From Octopus vulgaris (Eukaryota), in the NCBI GenBank assembly GCA_951406725.2, contig OX597817.1, forward strand, positions 65,596,001 to 65,660,000: a stretch of DNA of 64,000 nucleotides, in the 5' to 3' direction. The notes below the pieces were generated by a model. That model worked only from the letters and a program-made list of their open reading frames with translations. It ran no database searches and was not told the origin of the DNA. Made by a program: the position numbers and the translations under genes. Every line of letters starts with the position of its first letter. Within the stretch, counting starts at the first letter, position 1. Of the stretch, positions 13,063-28,164 are shown one piece after another.

Positions 13063-13575
13063 CATCAAGGAAAGCAAAAAATTTGCTATTGATCTCGTGC
13101 AGGATACCCAAACTGAACAACCCGAGGGAAGTACGGCAACTATTGTTGCAAAGAAGGTGAAAATGATGGCAATGAAAAAAGCGCACGAGCAATTGGCTGA
13201 TAGGTGGGAGGAGAAACCTCTGCACGGCAAATATGTGACCCGCAGCAAACAAGCTGATGTTGACCAGAAGCAAACCCATCAGTGGCTGCGGAGCTCAGGG
13301 CTAAAAGCAGAGAGCGAAGGTTTCATCCTGGCTGCTCAAGACCAAAGCCTATTAACCCGGAACTACCAGGCCAATGTGATGAAAAATGGAGCAGACCCAA
13401 AATGCCGATTCTGCAACGACATGATTGAAACAGTGGACCACCTAATCTCTGGATGTAAAGTTTTAGCACCAGTGGAGTATAAATTAAGACATGACAGAGT
13501 TGGCCAATATCTCCACTGGCTAATAAGTCGGCATTACAATATCAAAACTGCCGACAAGTGGTATAATCACCACCA
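13061..13575 (+). mobile_element. R4/Dong-like LINE fragment with CCHC zinc knuckle
   Basis: Encodes WEEKPLHGKY..WLRSSGLKAESEGFILAAQDQSLLTRNY..CRFCNDMIETVDHLISGC..RHDRV. Confidence 0.9.
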
Positions 13576-13718
13576 AAAAAAAAAAAAAAAAAAAAAATGA
13601 ACGAACTACTGAGTTTGGTTTAATGGCCTACCAATATATACTATGAGTTTCTTTGCCCTAGGAGTCGGGAAGACACTCGGCAAGAAATGGAAGAAAATTT
13701 GAAAGAAGAAAAAAAAAA

Positions 13719-13773
<55 letters not shown>

Positions 13774-15124
13774 TGATGATAATAATAATAATGATTTCTT
13801 TATTAACTAGAAGGGTTCACATTCAGAAAAACATTATCGACAGTTCAGGACAAAACAAAAATGTGTGTGTGTATGTGTGTGAGTGTGGGTTCTTGTGAGG
13901 GTTTTGCGCGTAAGCAAGACTAACAAAATTTGAAATAAAAACAAACGCAATAAATAAGTAAATAAACAGTGTGTAATCTTCAATAAGGAGGAAACATTTG
14001 AGGGATGTTCATGGAAAAACTCCATAAAAAACCATGGGTACCCTGACTTTTGGGGAAGGTGTCTGTTTTCATTTCCATACTACAGACGTATGACCAGGGC
14101 AAAGCCATTCACTCGCCTTTTTGTGCAATTCTGCCGCTCATCTCTGACCTCCGTCCAGTCGCCATTTCCACAATGAAAGGGTTGTACGGCTACGGAGAGG
14201 TTTTATTTGTAATTAGCTTCACGCTGTTGTTGTTCTTGCTGTTGGTCACTCTCTCTTTTTATTTCCTTCTTGTTCTCACCGCTGATCGTGACTGGGAGGA
14301 GTTTTGGGGTTTCCTGGCTGCTTCCTGGAAATGAGATTTTTTTTCCTTTGGGAGTTGCGCCCACTATTACCTATGCTGTGTTCCCTTTTAGGAGCAGCCC
14401 CCGTTGTTTGTTGTTTATATTTTCTCTTTTCAAACCTACTAGGATACATCTACCTAAAATTAATTTCCGTATTTGTAGCGGTCAGTATTTCTGATGTTAA
14501 TCTCTTCTTTGAAAGTTTCTCGATTTATTGACGAGCAGACACTGTACCTTGCAATATAACTCAGTTACTTTTTCCCTAAAACAACATAAATACAGTGATT
14601 TTTTTACTGTACTATTCTGGCCACGCTAGAATAGCTCTGATTAAAATTTTTGTTACCACGAAATGTATTTTTTAATATTTGAATTTTATTTTGTAAATAT
14701 ATCTGCGTGAAGAACTGTCATCTACTTTTAAGCTATTAGTTTTTCTGTATTTTTTAAGCAAGGTTAAAATGTCGATACCACTTTTGTTGGGGTCTTTTTA
14801 TACAGTTGCCTTATGAATGTTCTGTACACAAACAATTGTCTGACAGCAAAAAAAAAAAAAAATATCGATTGCTTCAAAATATAATAGATATGAAAAAGGA
14901 ACAAAGAGTTGCAAAAATATTCGAGACATACCAGGGCTCACAACATTATATACAGCACTAAAAGTCTTTCTGCCCTAAATCCTAAACGGCAAGAAAAAAC
15001 ACAAGACACGTCACCTTTTTATGTAATTGATCTACACAAACATTGCATAAAAACAGCATCCCATTTGAAAAGTTAAACATGTTTGTAAAAGACGTGTCTG
15101 TCAAAGGCAACTCCAATAATGATG

Positions 15125-15176
<52 letters not shown>

Positions 15177-15178
<2 letters not shown>

Positions 15179-15439
15179 TTGTCAACATGCCCAGCTGACA
15201 ACAAGGTATGCGATAAGGAAGGAAAAAAAGCCGAGAGAAATGACAGGTTAGCTTGGGAACTTAAGCAGTTGTGGTCGATGAAAAAGGTGGCAGTAGTACC
15301 AATAATTGTCGGAGCCCTGGGAGCATTGAGTAAAAATCTCGAGAAGTACGTGGAACAAATAGGGGCTGCAATAAGTGTAGATCACTTGCAGAAAACAGCA
15401 CTGCTTGGAACCGCTCGAATACTCCAGCAAAAGTCAAGC

Positions 15440-15440
<1 letters not shown>
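15177..15440 (+). mobile_element. R4/Dong-like LINE RLE fragment between (TAA)n arrays
   Basis: Encodes CPADNKVCDKEGKK..LAWELKQLW..VVPIIVGALG..LQKTALLGTARIL. Confidence 0.85.
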
Positions 15441-15501
<61 letters not shown>

Positions 15502-15679
15502 CCTTTCTACTAAAGCCTGAAATTTTGGGGGAAGGGGACTAGTCGATTACATTGATCCTAGTGTTTCACAGGTACTTAATTCATTGACCCTGAAAGGATG
15601 AAAGACAAAGTCGACCTCAGAACGTAAAAACAAACGAAATGCTGCTAAATACTTTGGCCAGCATCCTATTTACGTTCTC

Positions 15680-17330
15680 AAGGTCTTCCTATACCCCTCT
15701 GATTATTCTGGTGCTGTACTGATGATGAATATAGCGGTCTTTATATCATTGGGTTTTAGTTTTTTTTATTCTTCATACTCTTCTGAAATGCTCCTTCCTG
15801 ATTTTGCTTTTATTTTTTCTACTCTTATATATCAGATTCCGAGACTCTCAGATATTTACATCCATCATCTGAATCAATCTGCCGTCACTTCTCTTCCCTG
15901 TTTTGATAGATTTATTCCGTCACTTTTATGGCATTTTCTTTCTTACATAACAAGGGCTCCATGCTTCGAAATATCAAATTCCATTCTGATGTTATTGCTA
16001 AACCCATTCACAGTATTAACAAGTGTATCCAACTCTTGCCGTATAACTTTAGCTCATCCATGAATAACAAGTTTTTAATTATCTCTTGGTCATTTCCTAT
16101 CTATAGCCAGCTTTTACTTCACTCCGATTTGTGGACAATGGAATAAGAGCAATGAAAAACAGTAGAAGTGATAGGCTACCACCTTGAAAGTTGTACCGAT
16201 CTATTTTAACTTTTCGAAATAGGTCTCCTCCTATTGTTAATTCCGTTTCCCAGTTCCCTATGGTTACTCGTTTCAGTTCACTGATGTGCAATGCTATTTT
16301 GAGCATACTGAGTGTCATGATACTTTTTCTTTTTTGTAGGCGATGCACTCCATTGCTAATAAAGTTTGTGCTCTCTTGCAGTTTCTTACAATCATCTTGT
16401 CAACTAACAGTTGGTCTATTGTCTCTCTTGAATTTCTCCGAGCACTTTTACGTTTATCAGGGACTAAATGGTGTTCCTAAAAGTGTGCATAGGTCCTATT
16501 CGCGAACAGACTCGTTAACAGTTTCCATCGTAAGGACAGTCAAGTTATTGGTCCATAGTTTGAGGTCTCAACACCTTTCTGTTACCCTTTCATAATAAGG
16601 ATTCTTTTGGGATACTTCCACTCTGGAGACAGTAATTTAATAACTTAGTCACTACTTGCCAGGGTGTATTAAAGTTCTTTAGCTACAAACCTTGAAGACC
16701 GTCTGGCTCAGGGGCCTCCCCATTAGGTGTTTTGTAAGTTTGATTTGCAATGAGCTCCGGGGTGATTATTACGTCGATTTATTGTTTTACTCTTCTTAGT
16801 TTGTTGTCTACTTCTTTTATGTACCCTTCCTCCTCTTTATGGGTATCTTTCTCGTTCCATATATCACTCCAAAAACTTTCTTATTTTCTCTGCGTTTATA
16901 ATTTCATCGTTATGTTTCTATTACCTTCCATTTTTGAGACAACAATCTCTTCTAATTATTTTGAAACAACGGGTTTAGCTGAAAGGGCTATTCTATTCTG
17001 CTGTACCTCGGGTGGGTCATTATGCCTGTTGCTCTATTCTTACATCATTTTATTCTTTTATTATTACATTTATCCCTCTCTTTTCCTTCGTCACTTTGTA
17101 TTTTCTTTCTGTGTTTTAATGACCCTTTCTTTCCTTTACTCCACCTTCTTGTAGGAGCCGTAATTAAATCACTTCTCGTCTCAAGCTATTGATGATTTTT
17201 TTCTCAGTTCGTCTTTTCCTCCAAAGTATTTGTCAGTTCGTTTTGTTTGCCTACTTTATTACTAACTTCTTTTGCTACTACTTTTCCTACAGCCATGTAT
17301 AGATTATTTACCACCATGAGAGCGAAATAA
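15680..17330 (-). mobile_element. Degraded R4/Dong-like LINE (RT and upstream region)
   Basis: Encodes FQGGSLSLLLFFIALIPLS and LLFMDELKLYGK (about 16035-16070) with many stops and frameshifts. The limits are approximate. Confidence 0.7.
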
Positions 17331-17503
17331 GTGGCACATATCATATATTAATGTCAGTTTCTTTCTGATTTTCTTCTTTCTGTTTCTACCAGTCAAGTAC
17401 TGGGGCCGATGTAATTGACTTCCTCTCTCTTCAAAATTGCTGACTTTGCGCCAAAATTAGAATGAGTTATTATCATTAATATTATAATTGTTATTATTAT
17501 TAT

Positions 17504-18019
<516 letters not shown>

Positions 18020-19369
18020 CCATTGTTATCATTATACTTTTATTTGCTTAAACTGATTGCTGTATATACCTGACGCCATGTTCTTATCCAGGCATCTGGG
18101 GCAGGTGACATATTTCAAATTAATCATTACCTGTCTCATGTCAAAGCTAACTGCACCAATTGCTACTGACAGACGTGTTTATTTCATATAACATGACTTA
18201 GAAATCTCAATTTCCAAGCCTATGTATTTAATTAGTTAATCAAATTCCTTCATTGTAATAGTATTTATATCTATTTACAGCTATGCACTGTCTTTGTCGT
18301 TCATTAGTTGCTATGATACCGAACTGTATCTCTCAAGGTACGGTCTTAGTGACCTGGTCTTGGTGGAGGTTTTTGCCAACTTTTAGACAGTATTCCAGTG
18401 GATATATTATCATATATTGATCAACTAAACCGAATATAAAACTTTGACACACAAATGTCTAAATATCTGAGATGAGCAGCGAATAAGACTGCAAGATATC
18501 AGACTCCTAAGCTCATCTTTGATCGTTTGCAAATGTATTCCCTCACAAGTACTTTGTACAAAACTTGAAATGTCATTTCATAACGTTATATACTTCAGAC
18601 GTAATTTCATAACGTTAGCTACTCGGCTACCAAGTCATGTAATGTCTAATATCGAAGCTGTCCGTGGATACCCAACAGTTGATCCTACTACTCTCTTCAA
18701 GTACCTCACCAGTTTCAGAGGAACAACGAAAGTCATAGCTAAAAACCCATTCCTGCTAATACCCAATCACTAATAACAAAACTAAATAACTACTTGACAT
18801 GTTGTATCTTATATAGAACTGATATAACCTCATTATACAGCCTCATAAAGAAGTTTATTTAGCAGTTGCATATCTGCGTGTAAATGATTTGAAATTTATA
18901 TAGAGACTAACTATTTTGACCCGTGCTTCGCTTGGGTTTTGGTGGTGGTGTTATTTTGTGCGTGTTGTCTCCTTTTCACTTTCTTCTTTTGTCCGTCTTC
19001 TTTGCATGGTTCTTTTTATTGCCCTCTTCTTTTCTTTATCTTATTTTTAAAAAATTTTTTCTTCGTCTTTCTCTTCTTTCTCTTTTTCCACTCTTTCCTT
19101 TCTCCTTCTCATCATCTCCATAGCTGATGGCATCGCAGCGCTTCCTGCTGCGCGACGCTAATGAACACCCCAAAAGACCCACGTGTACTCATGATTAGAA
19201 AGAAGCCTTATGTAGCCTTATCTTCAACCCCCAAACAATTGAGTCAGGAAGACATCAAAATAGGTTTTAATTATAAAAATCTATTCTAACTACATATTAA
19301 ATATCATAAAAAGTTCAGAATACAAATTAGTAGAAAAATATGGAACGATTGATTGGAGAATAAAAATGG

Positions 19370-19977
19370 ATAACCCAAGCAAGCTTAGCCGCGGCCAAGT
19401 CGACAAAATAATTGCACTTTTACGCGTGCACATAAAATCACAAAAATAATTCAAAATTACTTAAAATTTTGTGAAATTTGATACTTTTTTCTGGTATATT
19501 TTGACGGTTCATGATGCAAATGAAAGCTAAAATTTTGGCCTTTAACACAATGCCATTTTTACCCATGTCAACCAAATAATGTAAACAGAAAAATATTAAA
19601 TCTAAAAATAGGGCAAAAATGTACTCTTTTTAAAAGTTGAAAAATTTTACCCCACTTTCCAAAATCCCCCAAAGTTTTACACCCACAATTAAAGATAACC
19701 GCCTCTAGCTCCTGCAGCAATACAAAAATCCACCATTATTCAAACAGTGCAACCTGTCTATCCCATAAAACTCAATTTTCCCCATATTCCTCATCATGGC
19801 AACCAAACGGTAGCCCCGAGCGACTTGCAACCCTTCTTACACCATTGCCCACCCCATTTTACCTCCCAGTGTAAATTTTGGCGCCAATCCGACCCCATCT
19901 ACCGCCCCTTAAACCATCCCAAAATGAGACAAATAACCAAGAAATCAAACTTTTTCGCATTTCAGCTTTATAGATAT
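19370..19977. mobile_element. Possible Helitron/Helentron-type non-autonomous element
   Basis: A compositionally distinct block ending CAGCTTTATAGATAT, like the right end of 6423-7110. The termini are not proven. Confidence 0.3.
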
Positions 19978-20323
19978 TGATTACTTTCAGTGGAAGCATT
20001 TTCGATAACAATAACCGTCTGTAAACGTAAGAGGAGGATGGATATAATATATAAACATTTGATTGTAATCAGTAAATATACTTTCAATTCATTGTGAATA
20101 TGGAGATTGAGATCCACTTAACAATATTGTTTGTGATTATAATAAACGCTCTCTTTCCTCTGAGTTCATATTCCACAGAAGTCAAATTTGCATATCGTCC
20201 TTTCGGAGTGTATAAGTATTAAAGAGATTTCGCTTCTCATCTGCGTCTCTCCCTCTTTCACTTTCAATCTCTCCTTTTCTGTCCCTCGATTTCCCTTCTC
20301 CATCTCTTCTCCCTTCTTTCACT

Positions 20324-20375
<52 letters not shown>

Positions 20376-20574
20376 TTTTCCTTCTTTCCCTTAGACTTCC
20401 CCTGTAGAAGAGATCAGCTTTATTCAGACCTGGCGAGAGATGAACCCCGCTAGGTTTAAAATATTACTCGCGACTCATTCAAGATTTCAGATCCCCACCC
20501 TGCACACACACAGGCACATACACAAACTCACACAAACGCAACACATAATGCTATATACACAGGTATACATACAT

Positions 20575-20632
<58 letters not shown>

Positions 20633-20764
20633 GTATATAATATCGTCCGTATGTATACACACACACACATACGCACACACACGCACGCACACACTCGCAA
20701 ACGCACGCAAACACACACACATTCACACACACACATATATATGTATATATTATATGTACACACA

Positions 20765-20996
20765 CAAGGTTGGCCAAAAGTCAACGATAGTAAATCTAAA
20801 TTCCACAAATACTATCCGTAATTCTGTATTGAGTCGAATAGGAAAATGTTTCACTCAAGAAGTACTTCAAATTGAGCAATTTTCATGATGTTTCTTATTT
20901 AGATATTTTTATTAAATGCATTCAGTTGTTAAACATAACTAGATCTTGGAATTAAATGGTTTTCATTTACTGTTAAGTGAATTTTGGCCAGTCCTG
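20765..20996. mobile_element. Degenerate Tc1/mariner-type MITE
   Basis: Imperfect TIRs CAAGGTTGGCCAAAAGTCAACGATAGTAAAT and ATTTACTGTTAAGTGAATTTTGGCCAGTCCTG, with TA on the right flank. Confidence 0.55.
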
Positions 20997-21313
20997 TATA
21001 TACAGAATATATATAAGATTCTGTTCAATAAGGCAGTTAAGTTGGTGCACTTAGTTCAGTCGGAATAATATACCCACACAACAATAATTTGTAAATATCT
21101 ACCTTGGTGTATAAGTACCGGCAGAATGAAATTCCTGTTGTGCTTGTAGAAAATTAGATTCAGCTGAGTATACAATCCTCTCTTGAACTATTCAGACACA
21201 TACACTTTACTAAATGTACAGTCTGTAACAAACTTCAGAATATACGTAGTGCACGTTCTGAGATAGGTGAATAATATATAAATAAATAATAAACGAAGGA
21301 CAAATGTCAATCC

Positions 21314-21363
<50 letters not shown>

Positions 21364-21443
21364 GTATATACATATACATACTTACATACATACATATATA
21401 TAAACATACATATATACGCACATACGCACACACACATCTCCAC

Positions 21444-21479
<36 letters not shown>

Positions 21480-21673
21480 CACTCACTCTCTCTCTCCCTC
21501 ACACACACACACGCATATATATATACAGACACATACATTCATACATACATACATACATATAAGAGTTATTGAGTGCTTTCGGCTGCTAATTCTACACGAA
21601 AACGAACAGGTTGTGTGTATACGTGTGTGTGAGTGAGTGTGTGTGTGTGCGCGTGTGTGTGCGTGTGTGTGCG

Positions 21674-21713
<40 letters not shown>

Positions 21714-22626
21714 TATGTGTGTGTGTTTAGTAAGACAGAGAGGCATAGGCAGTTTGATTGTCATAGGGTACATTTAGAGTTTGAAAGGGGAGATAATATA
21801 AATTATTAAACTCTTGAACTATATCAGCAATCAATGCCAAAAGATGACAATAACAGTTACAAAGATAGTAAATAATGCTCCTGGAAGCCAAACTTTGCCG
21901 TTAATATTGTTTTTGCTTTTAAAATAGAACAATTGTATATGTAAATACTGCGGTGTTGGTACAAACCAAAGTACTACTTTCAATTACTTAGCAGGTAGCA
22001 CTTCAAATTACTCCATACCGTTCTAAACTTTTATATTAAACATTACGGATTAGTTTCTAATGCCCCATGCTTATGTGTAATTGAATACAATTCTCTGTAT
22101 ATACATACCTGTGTGTGTTGATATATATATATATAAATCTGTTCCTATAAACAGTTGTGTTGTTTGTACTTGTTTCACTCTAATTGTTTATAACATTTGC
22201 AATCCTGATGTACTCACCAACATTGTTTATCAGTTTGTTTCTTTGAAGGTATTAAATTCAGTAAACAGCTGCCAAGCTACAACATTGCTTTTTCTTTTGT
22301 TTCTCACTTTTTGACATGCAGTGAGATCAGAAATCTTAAATTTGATACATCTCACGTCAATTAAACTTATTCAACTCTCCTATGATTCTATGTTTTTCTG
22401 GTAATAGATATTAGAGCCTCGGATGTCGGACAACGATAAATCGTTGGCTTGGTGGTAGGAGAGTTTTCCTTGCATTCGCGTCTTAAAGATATACAAATTT
22501 TTAACATCTCTAATATAAACAAAATTCTCTAGATTAGTCGGTTGTTCAGTCGATTTTATATGGAATGTGAAAGAATTTCGGTGAAAACTTTTCATGGTAT
22601 TCTATATATATATTTATGAGATTTAT

Positions 22627-22690
22627 TTAAAGTATGATAGAAACCATTCCACTTTTAATTTAAAGTATGATTGAAACCATTCCACTTTTA
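22627..22690. repeat. Tandem duplication of about 33 bp
   Basis: TTTAAAGTATGAT(A/T)GAAACCATTCCACTTTT occurs twice in a row. Confidence 0.85.
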
Positions 22691-23736
22691 TATCATTTTC
22701 TTTCCGTTAGGCAAATGTCTTTTAATATAAATTTCTTTATGCTTTCTTAATCAAATCAACATCAAGATTATAGATCTTTGAAATTATGTTTCCATGAACA
22801 TTTCAGCTTCACTATTTGAAGCCGTTGGCTGAATACTGATTAGCTACTTTACAAATTTTTTTCATGCTTTTTTTGAATTTCAGAATGATTATTTTATTAT
22901 CTAAAGAGCTAAAATCGTCTTCCTAACATTATTGTCCATTAAACACTAGTTTGAATGTTTTGCATGAATGTTTGAATTCTTGAGATCGTATCTCACTGTC
23001 TGAAATAGGCAGAGACAAGAAAGGGCTAGTTTCAATATCTTACTGTATCTAATTTTGTCCTTCACTGTTTTCCATTAAAAACCACCATTCATTCCTATGG
23101 ATTCGATAAGTACCAGTATTATATTGGATTTGATACAATCGACTATCATCCAACTCATTAGAAAATTAATCTTTTACCTAAGAAATAAATCGATATCATT
23201 ACTGTCTTGGTAAATTCAAGATATTCAATTGTCCCTTACATTTAATGGCCTTTAGGAACGCACTAAAATATAGAATGTGTGTGCCTAGACAAAAGAAACT
23301 CTCCAATATCTTTACAAATGTGACTACGTATCATTCCAATTGAAGCAATTACAAAAGGAATTATCTACACAGTTGTTACATATCATAATAACTTTAATTC
23401 AATAGCTGATTCAGTAAAATTCCTTAGCTTTCCTATTCTCTTCTGGGCGACGTTATAATCAGCCTCCATTTCCATACCAATTATCAATAAAGTAGTATGA
23501 TCTTTGTCATTTAATATTATGTCATTATGTCGGGTCTGTTGAGTGTAAAATGGGGTCAATCAATCTTCTTCGCCGCGACAATTTCTAAAGCGGTTTATAG
23601 TTAAAGTGAGAACCGTAGTCGCATTATTTCTATATTTTTCTCGAAGTTGAAATTACACAGCTAAGTCAATATATAACAGTTTTGCCACATATTTTATCAT
23701 ATGCGTGCATGCACAAACACATATATAAACAAACAT

Positions 23737-23803
<67 letters not shown>

Positions 23804-25020
23804 ACACCACAGTGCAGTGTTGCCCGTCATATGACGGTTTACTTTGGAAGTATATTTTTGCCACTAAGATTATCAAAAAATATAGCATGCCTACAATTGT
23901 TATAATTTAACCTTAATCAAATTCTTTGTGCTTGAATAATTTTCAAAGGAAAAATATTTACTACGTTAAGATAGAATTAGATAAGGAAATATTCTTATAA
24001 CTCCTCCAATTATTGCTCTATTGTTTACTGCCTTTCCTCTTTTACCTCTGTTTCTCTGATTCTTTCTTTCTCATTGTGTGTGTGGCATTCTTTTACACTT
24101 TGCCTGTCACCAAGCTTCGTGTGTGTACTCATCTGGTACCGTTTATCTTAACTCTCTCTGTATCTCTTTTACTTTTTCTCTCCTCTCTCTCAATACGATG
24201 TAAAGCGTGAAATCAACCAACCAATATCTATAATAGGTATTGTGTGTATGTATGTGTAATTCTCTGTTCTGTTACTCGAAGGATCGGCTAAAATAGTATT
24301 CTATCTAGTGAGAGATAAGTATCGTTTAATGTACTCAAAATTTAGATTCGAGTTACTATAAGTTTCAAGCTATAAAAACGCAATCAACTGACAAGTTTGT
24401 ATTGCATGCCTTGTGTTTCCAAGCATTTTTTCATACTCAAATATACAACATGGCTGGTCTTTTTTAATAAACGAGAAAGCACGCTGGTTTTTGAAAAAAA
24501 GAACAAACATGAAATGATGCTGATCTTTGAGAAAACACAATGAAGGACGAGAGGAAGGAAAAAGCAAAAAGTGGAATGAGAAAAGAAAATCGAGAGTTGC
24601 ATCGTTTTCCCGTTCGAATCAGAGTTAATATGGTTAGTATAAATTAATTCAACGGAGAGAAGGTCAAGATCCAGAAACATACCTTACTCCACCAGGCGTG
24701 CCTGATTAGATCAGTGTTTTATGAATTTGAAGCCATAGCAGTACTTCAAAATAAGGGGCTCAAGAGAAAAGTTACATTGGTATATGAGAAGGTGGTTTTA
24801 AAAGAAGAAACACAAACCACCAGTCTTCTTTCCGATGCGTGAATAAAAAGAAAGACACAGAGTTAGCTCGTCATATGAGGGCCCTAAAGGCTTTTCAATA
24901 CATCGCACATTTTGATCAGTTGAACGGTTTTTCTTTTGAATATAATCAAGAATGTTACTTTGTATGGCCGCAACATCAAGATTTAGTGTAGAAAAATTCG
25001 AATCTGTCTATATACCGATT

Positions 25021-25155
25021 GCATTTGGGATTTTTGGCCGTTGAGTCTTTGCTGTAAAAATATCTGGAACTATAGCCATCACCTGATGCATTTGAGATTT
25101 TTGGCCTTTGAATCTTTGCTATAAAAAATATTTGGAATTACACCTATCGTCTAAT
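25021..25155. repeat. Diverged tandem duplication of about 67 bp
   Basis: GCATTTG.GATTTTTGGCC.TTGA.TCTTTGCT.TAAAAA occurs twice in a row. Confidence 0.75.
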
Positions 25156-25719
25156 TACCTCGGCTATATACATATTTGCATATATACGAACTCACGAAAG
25201 AGTCTGTATCTGGCCGCTACGACTATAAATAACCGCAAAATTTCCCTCATACCACCCTTGAAAAAGTAAATACACGTTGGATAATGTATGTTGTCTCAAG
25301 GAAAATTTGCTTGGTTTTTCTGGTGACGTGGCTTATGAGAGACTAGTAAACTATGTCGATAAAAACAAACAAACGTACCATCCATTCACTTAATGTTACA
25401 GTAAAGTGTTGGATTACAAAATTATATTACACTACCAGATTGTCCTTAGCTATTAAAAACAAACTCATGGTCCGCAACTGTTCTTAACTTTTTATTTCAT
25501 AGCTGTGTGCAGAGCAGTCAGATAGTTTATAGATGTTCCAAGAGTATTGTTTCATTAATGCTGTTCCAAAGAGCTTATTTGCTCATGACTATTTTAAACA
25601 CCCGATTGTTCTTAATATGTTTTTCTAAGTAGCCAGTTGGTTCGCAGCTGTTCTAACCAATCTCATGATCTGTAGATGTTCTAAATAGTCAATCTATCAC
25701 CGTTAACAAACCTCTCCAG

Positions 25720-26330
25720 CAACCCACCACCAAACTCTCGACCATTACCATCATTGTCAGTCATTCAATACTCACTGCTTCACCACCACCAACTTCACCA
25801 AAATATTTATCATCACATTCAACACCATCACCCCCATCTCCACTGCCTCTATATACCCACCACCCCAGCATTGCAAGTACAACCACCTCACTGCCAACCC
25901 CTTCAAAACCACAATACATCACTACCCCAGCGATAACGAACACCATAGCCACCACCACCATCACCATCACTACCGCCACCACCACCACCACAACCACAAC
26001 CACCACTACCGCCACTACTATCACCACTGTAGCCACCGCCGCTTCCATCACTACCACCACCACCTTTACCATCATTATAAACCACTACTCTAGCATCAAC
26101 AGTTTCGCCATTACCACCACCACCACCACCACCACCACTACTGCAACTACCAACACAGTAGACAGACTGTCCAATTGCAACTTCTATGGTACAGAAGAAC
26201 TAAATCAACAAAAATTGAAGAACAACACATTCCGAGCCAAGTTAACTATAAGAAACAAACCAAAAACACCCACAAATTCAGTAGCATCGACAACAGTAAC
26301 AACAACAAAAAACAAGAGTAACAACGACAA
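25720..26330. repeat. Degenerate (ACC)n/(AAC)n low-complexity tract
   Basis: Runs of ACCACCACC, CATCAC and AACAAC. Confidence 0.8.
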
Positions 26331-26892
26331 CGCTAAAAGCTTTTTTGTCCTTTGCCGGCCATTGACTTATTATTAGCGAATCCCTACTATTTAGAGAGTC
26401 TGTCCTGCTATTTTATTTAAACGGCACAATTTGAACAACATTTGTTAGGTTTTCTCTCATTCTGCTTAATAGCAAGGAAGAAGTAAAGAAAACATTACAA
26501 ACGTATGCGTTTGTGTATGTATGTGTGTATGTATGTATGTATGTATGTATGTATGTATGTATGTATGTATGTATGTATGTATGCATGCATGCATGTATGT
26601 ATGTATGAATGAATGTATGCATGTATGTATGTATGTATGTATGTATGTATGTATGTATGTATGTATGTATGTATGTATGTATGTATGTATGCCATTGTTC
26701 AGTTTTATTTCAAGATTTCTTGCTAATAGAAAAAAAAGATAGTTTCTAACCTAGATTCAAGGCTCCTTTATTGGAATTTCATCATCAACAACAGGGTATG
26801 TATGTATGTATGTATGTATGTATGTATGTATGTATGTATGTATGTATGTATGTATGTATGTATGTATGCATGTATGCATGTATGCATGTATG

Positions 26893-27300
26893 TGCAGATT
26901 TTTCTGTCTTATGTATATATTCTCATGCATATAGTTACATATCTAGACATGCTCATATATATTCAAATGATAAACTTCTGGTAAGTTTTACAGATTTTTA
27001 CAGTTCCAGTGATGAATTGAAACTCTAGTGTTCGAATTAGCTTTCTCCTTTCTGGTTTTGAGAAGCCTAATTTCTCAAGATTGGTATTTAGGCATTGTGC
27101 TATATATTCCAGGACCCCAATGATTACAGGTATAAACCTGAACTTGTAATCTGGATAGAGTAACTGCAGATTTCTCAATAGTTCAGCATAGGTGTTCCCC
27201 TTTTCACTGATCTTCAGCTTTATGTTAACATCCACTGGGCAGCTAATTCCCTCAACTGTGCACAGTCTCACTTCACTATCCCAAATCGTTATATCAGGTT
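26893..27300 (-). mobile_element. RLE-type LINE 3' end embedded in (CATA)n
   Basis: Encodes PDITIW...CTVEGISCPVDVNIKLKISEKGNTYAELLRNLQLLYPDYKFRFIPVIIGVL..ITGTVKICKT. The short 3' UTR runs directly into (CATA)n, and the 5' break also abuts (CATA)n. Confidence 0.8.
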
Positions 27301-27428
27301 TTATGTATGTATGTATGTATGTATGTATGTATGTATGTATGTATGTATGTATGTGTGTGTGTGTGTGTGGAGGTGTATTGGTGCATAGAAGACAGATTTA
27401 CATGTCTTTGTGTTTATAAATGTATGTA

Positions 27429-27850
27429 GGCGCAGGCGTGGCTGTGTGGGTAGAAGTTTGCTTCCCAACCACATGGTTCCGGGTTCAGTTTTACTGCGTG
27501 ATATCTTGAGGAAGTGTCCTCTACTATAGCCTTGGAACAACCAAAGCCTTGTGAGTGGATTTGGTTGACGGCAACTGAAAGAAGCCCGTCGTATATGTAT
27601 ATGTATGTATGTATATATGTATGTATGTATCTATCTATCTATTTATGTGTATAACGTTTGTGTCTGTGTTTATCCCTCCGTCACTGTTTGACAATCGGCG
27701 TTGCTGTGTTTACTAGCGGTTCGGCAAGAGAGACCGATAGAATAAGTACTAGGCTCTAAAAAAAGATCTGATTTTGATTTGTTCGACTAAAACCCTTCAA
27801 GGCAATGCTCCAGCATGGTCTAAGTTAAATGACTGAAACGAGTAAAAAAA
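27429..27850 (+). mobile_element. Family B SINE
   Basis: Full head, internal microsatellite and CAGCATGG...GACTGAAAC tail. Confidence 0.85.
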
Positions 27851-27887
27851 TGAACATAAGGTATGTATGTGTATACACTCACTCATG

Positions 27888-27973
<86 letters not shown>

Positions 27974-27986
27974 CACACACACACAC

Positions 27987-28065
<79 letters not shown>

Positions 28066-28164
28066 ATTAAAACAAAAAAAATCCTTCGACTAAAAGCAGC
28101 GGAAAGCTAACCGAGGAACTTGAACCATGTATGTAATGATGTCATGACCCAGACAATTATGATA

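Noticed and set aside
25754-26085. Gly/Val/His/Thr-rich ORFs resembling mucin or cuticular proteins
   Set aside because: They derive from a degenerate (ACC)n tract, with no convincing splice sites or sustained frame.
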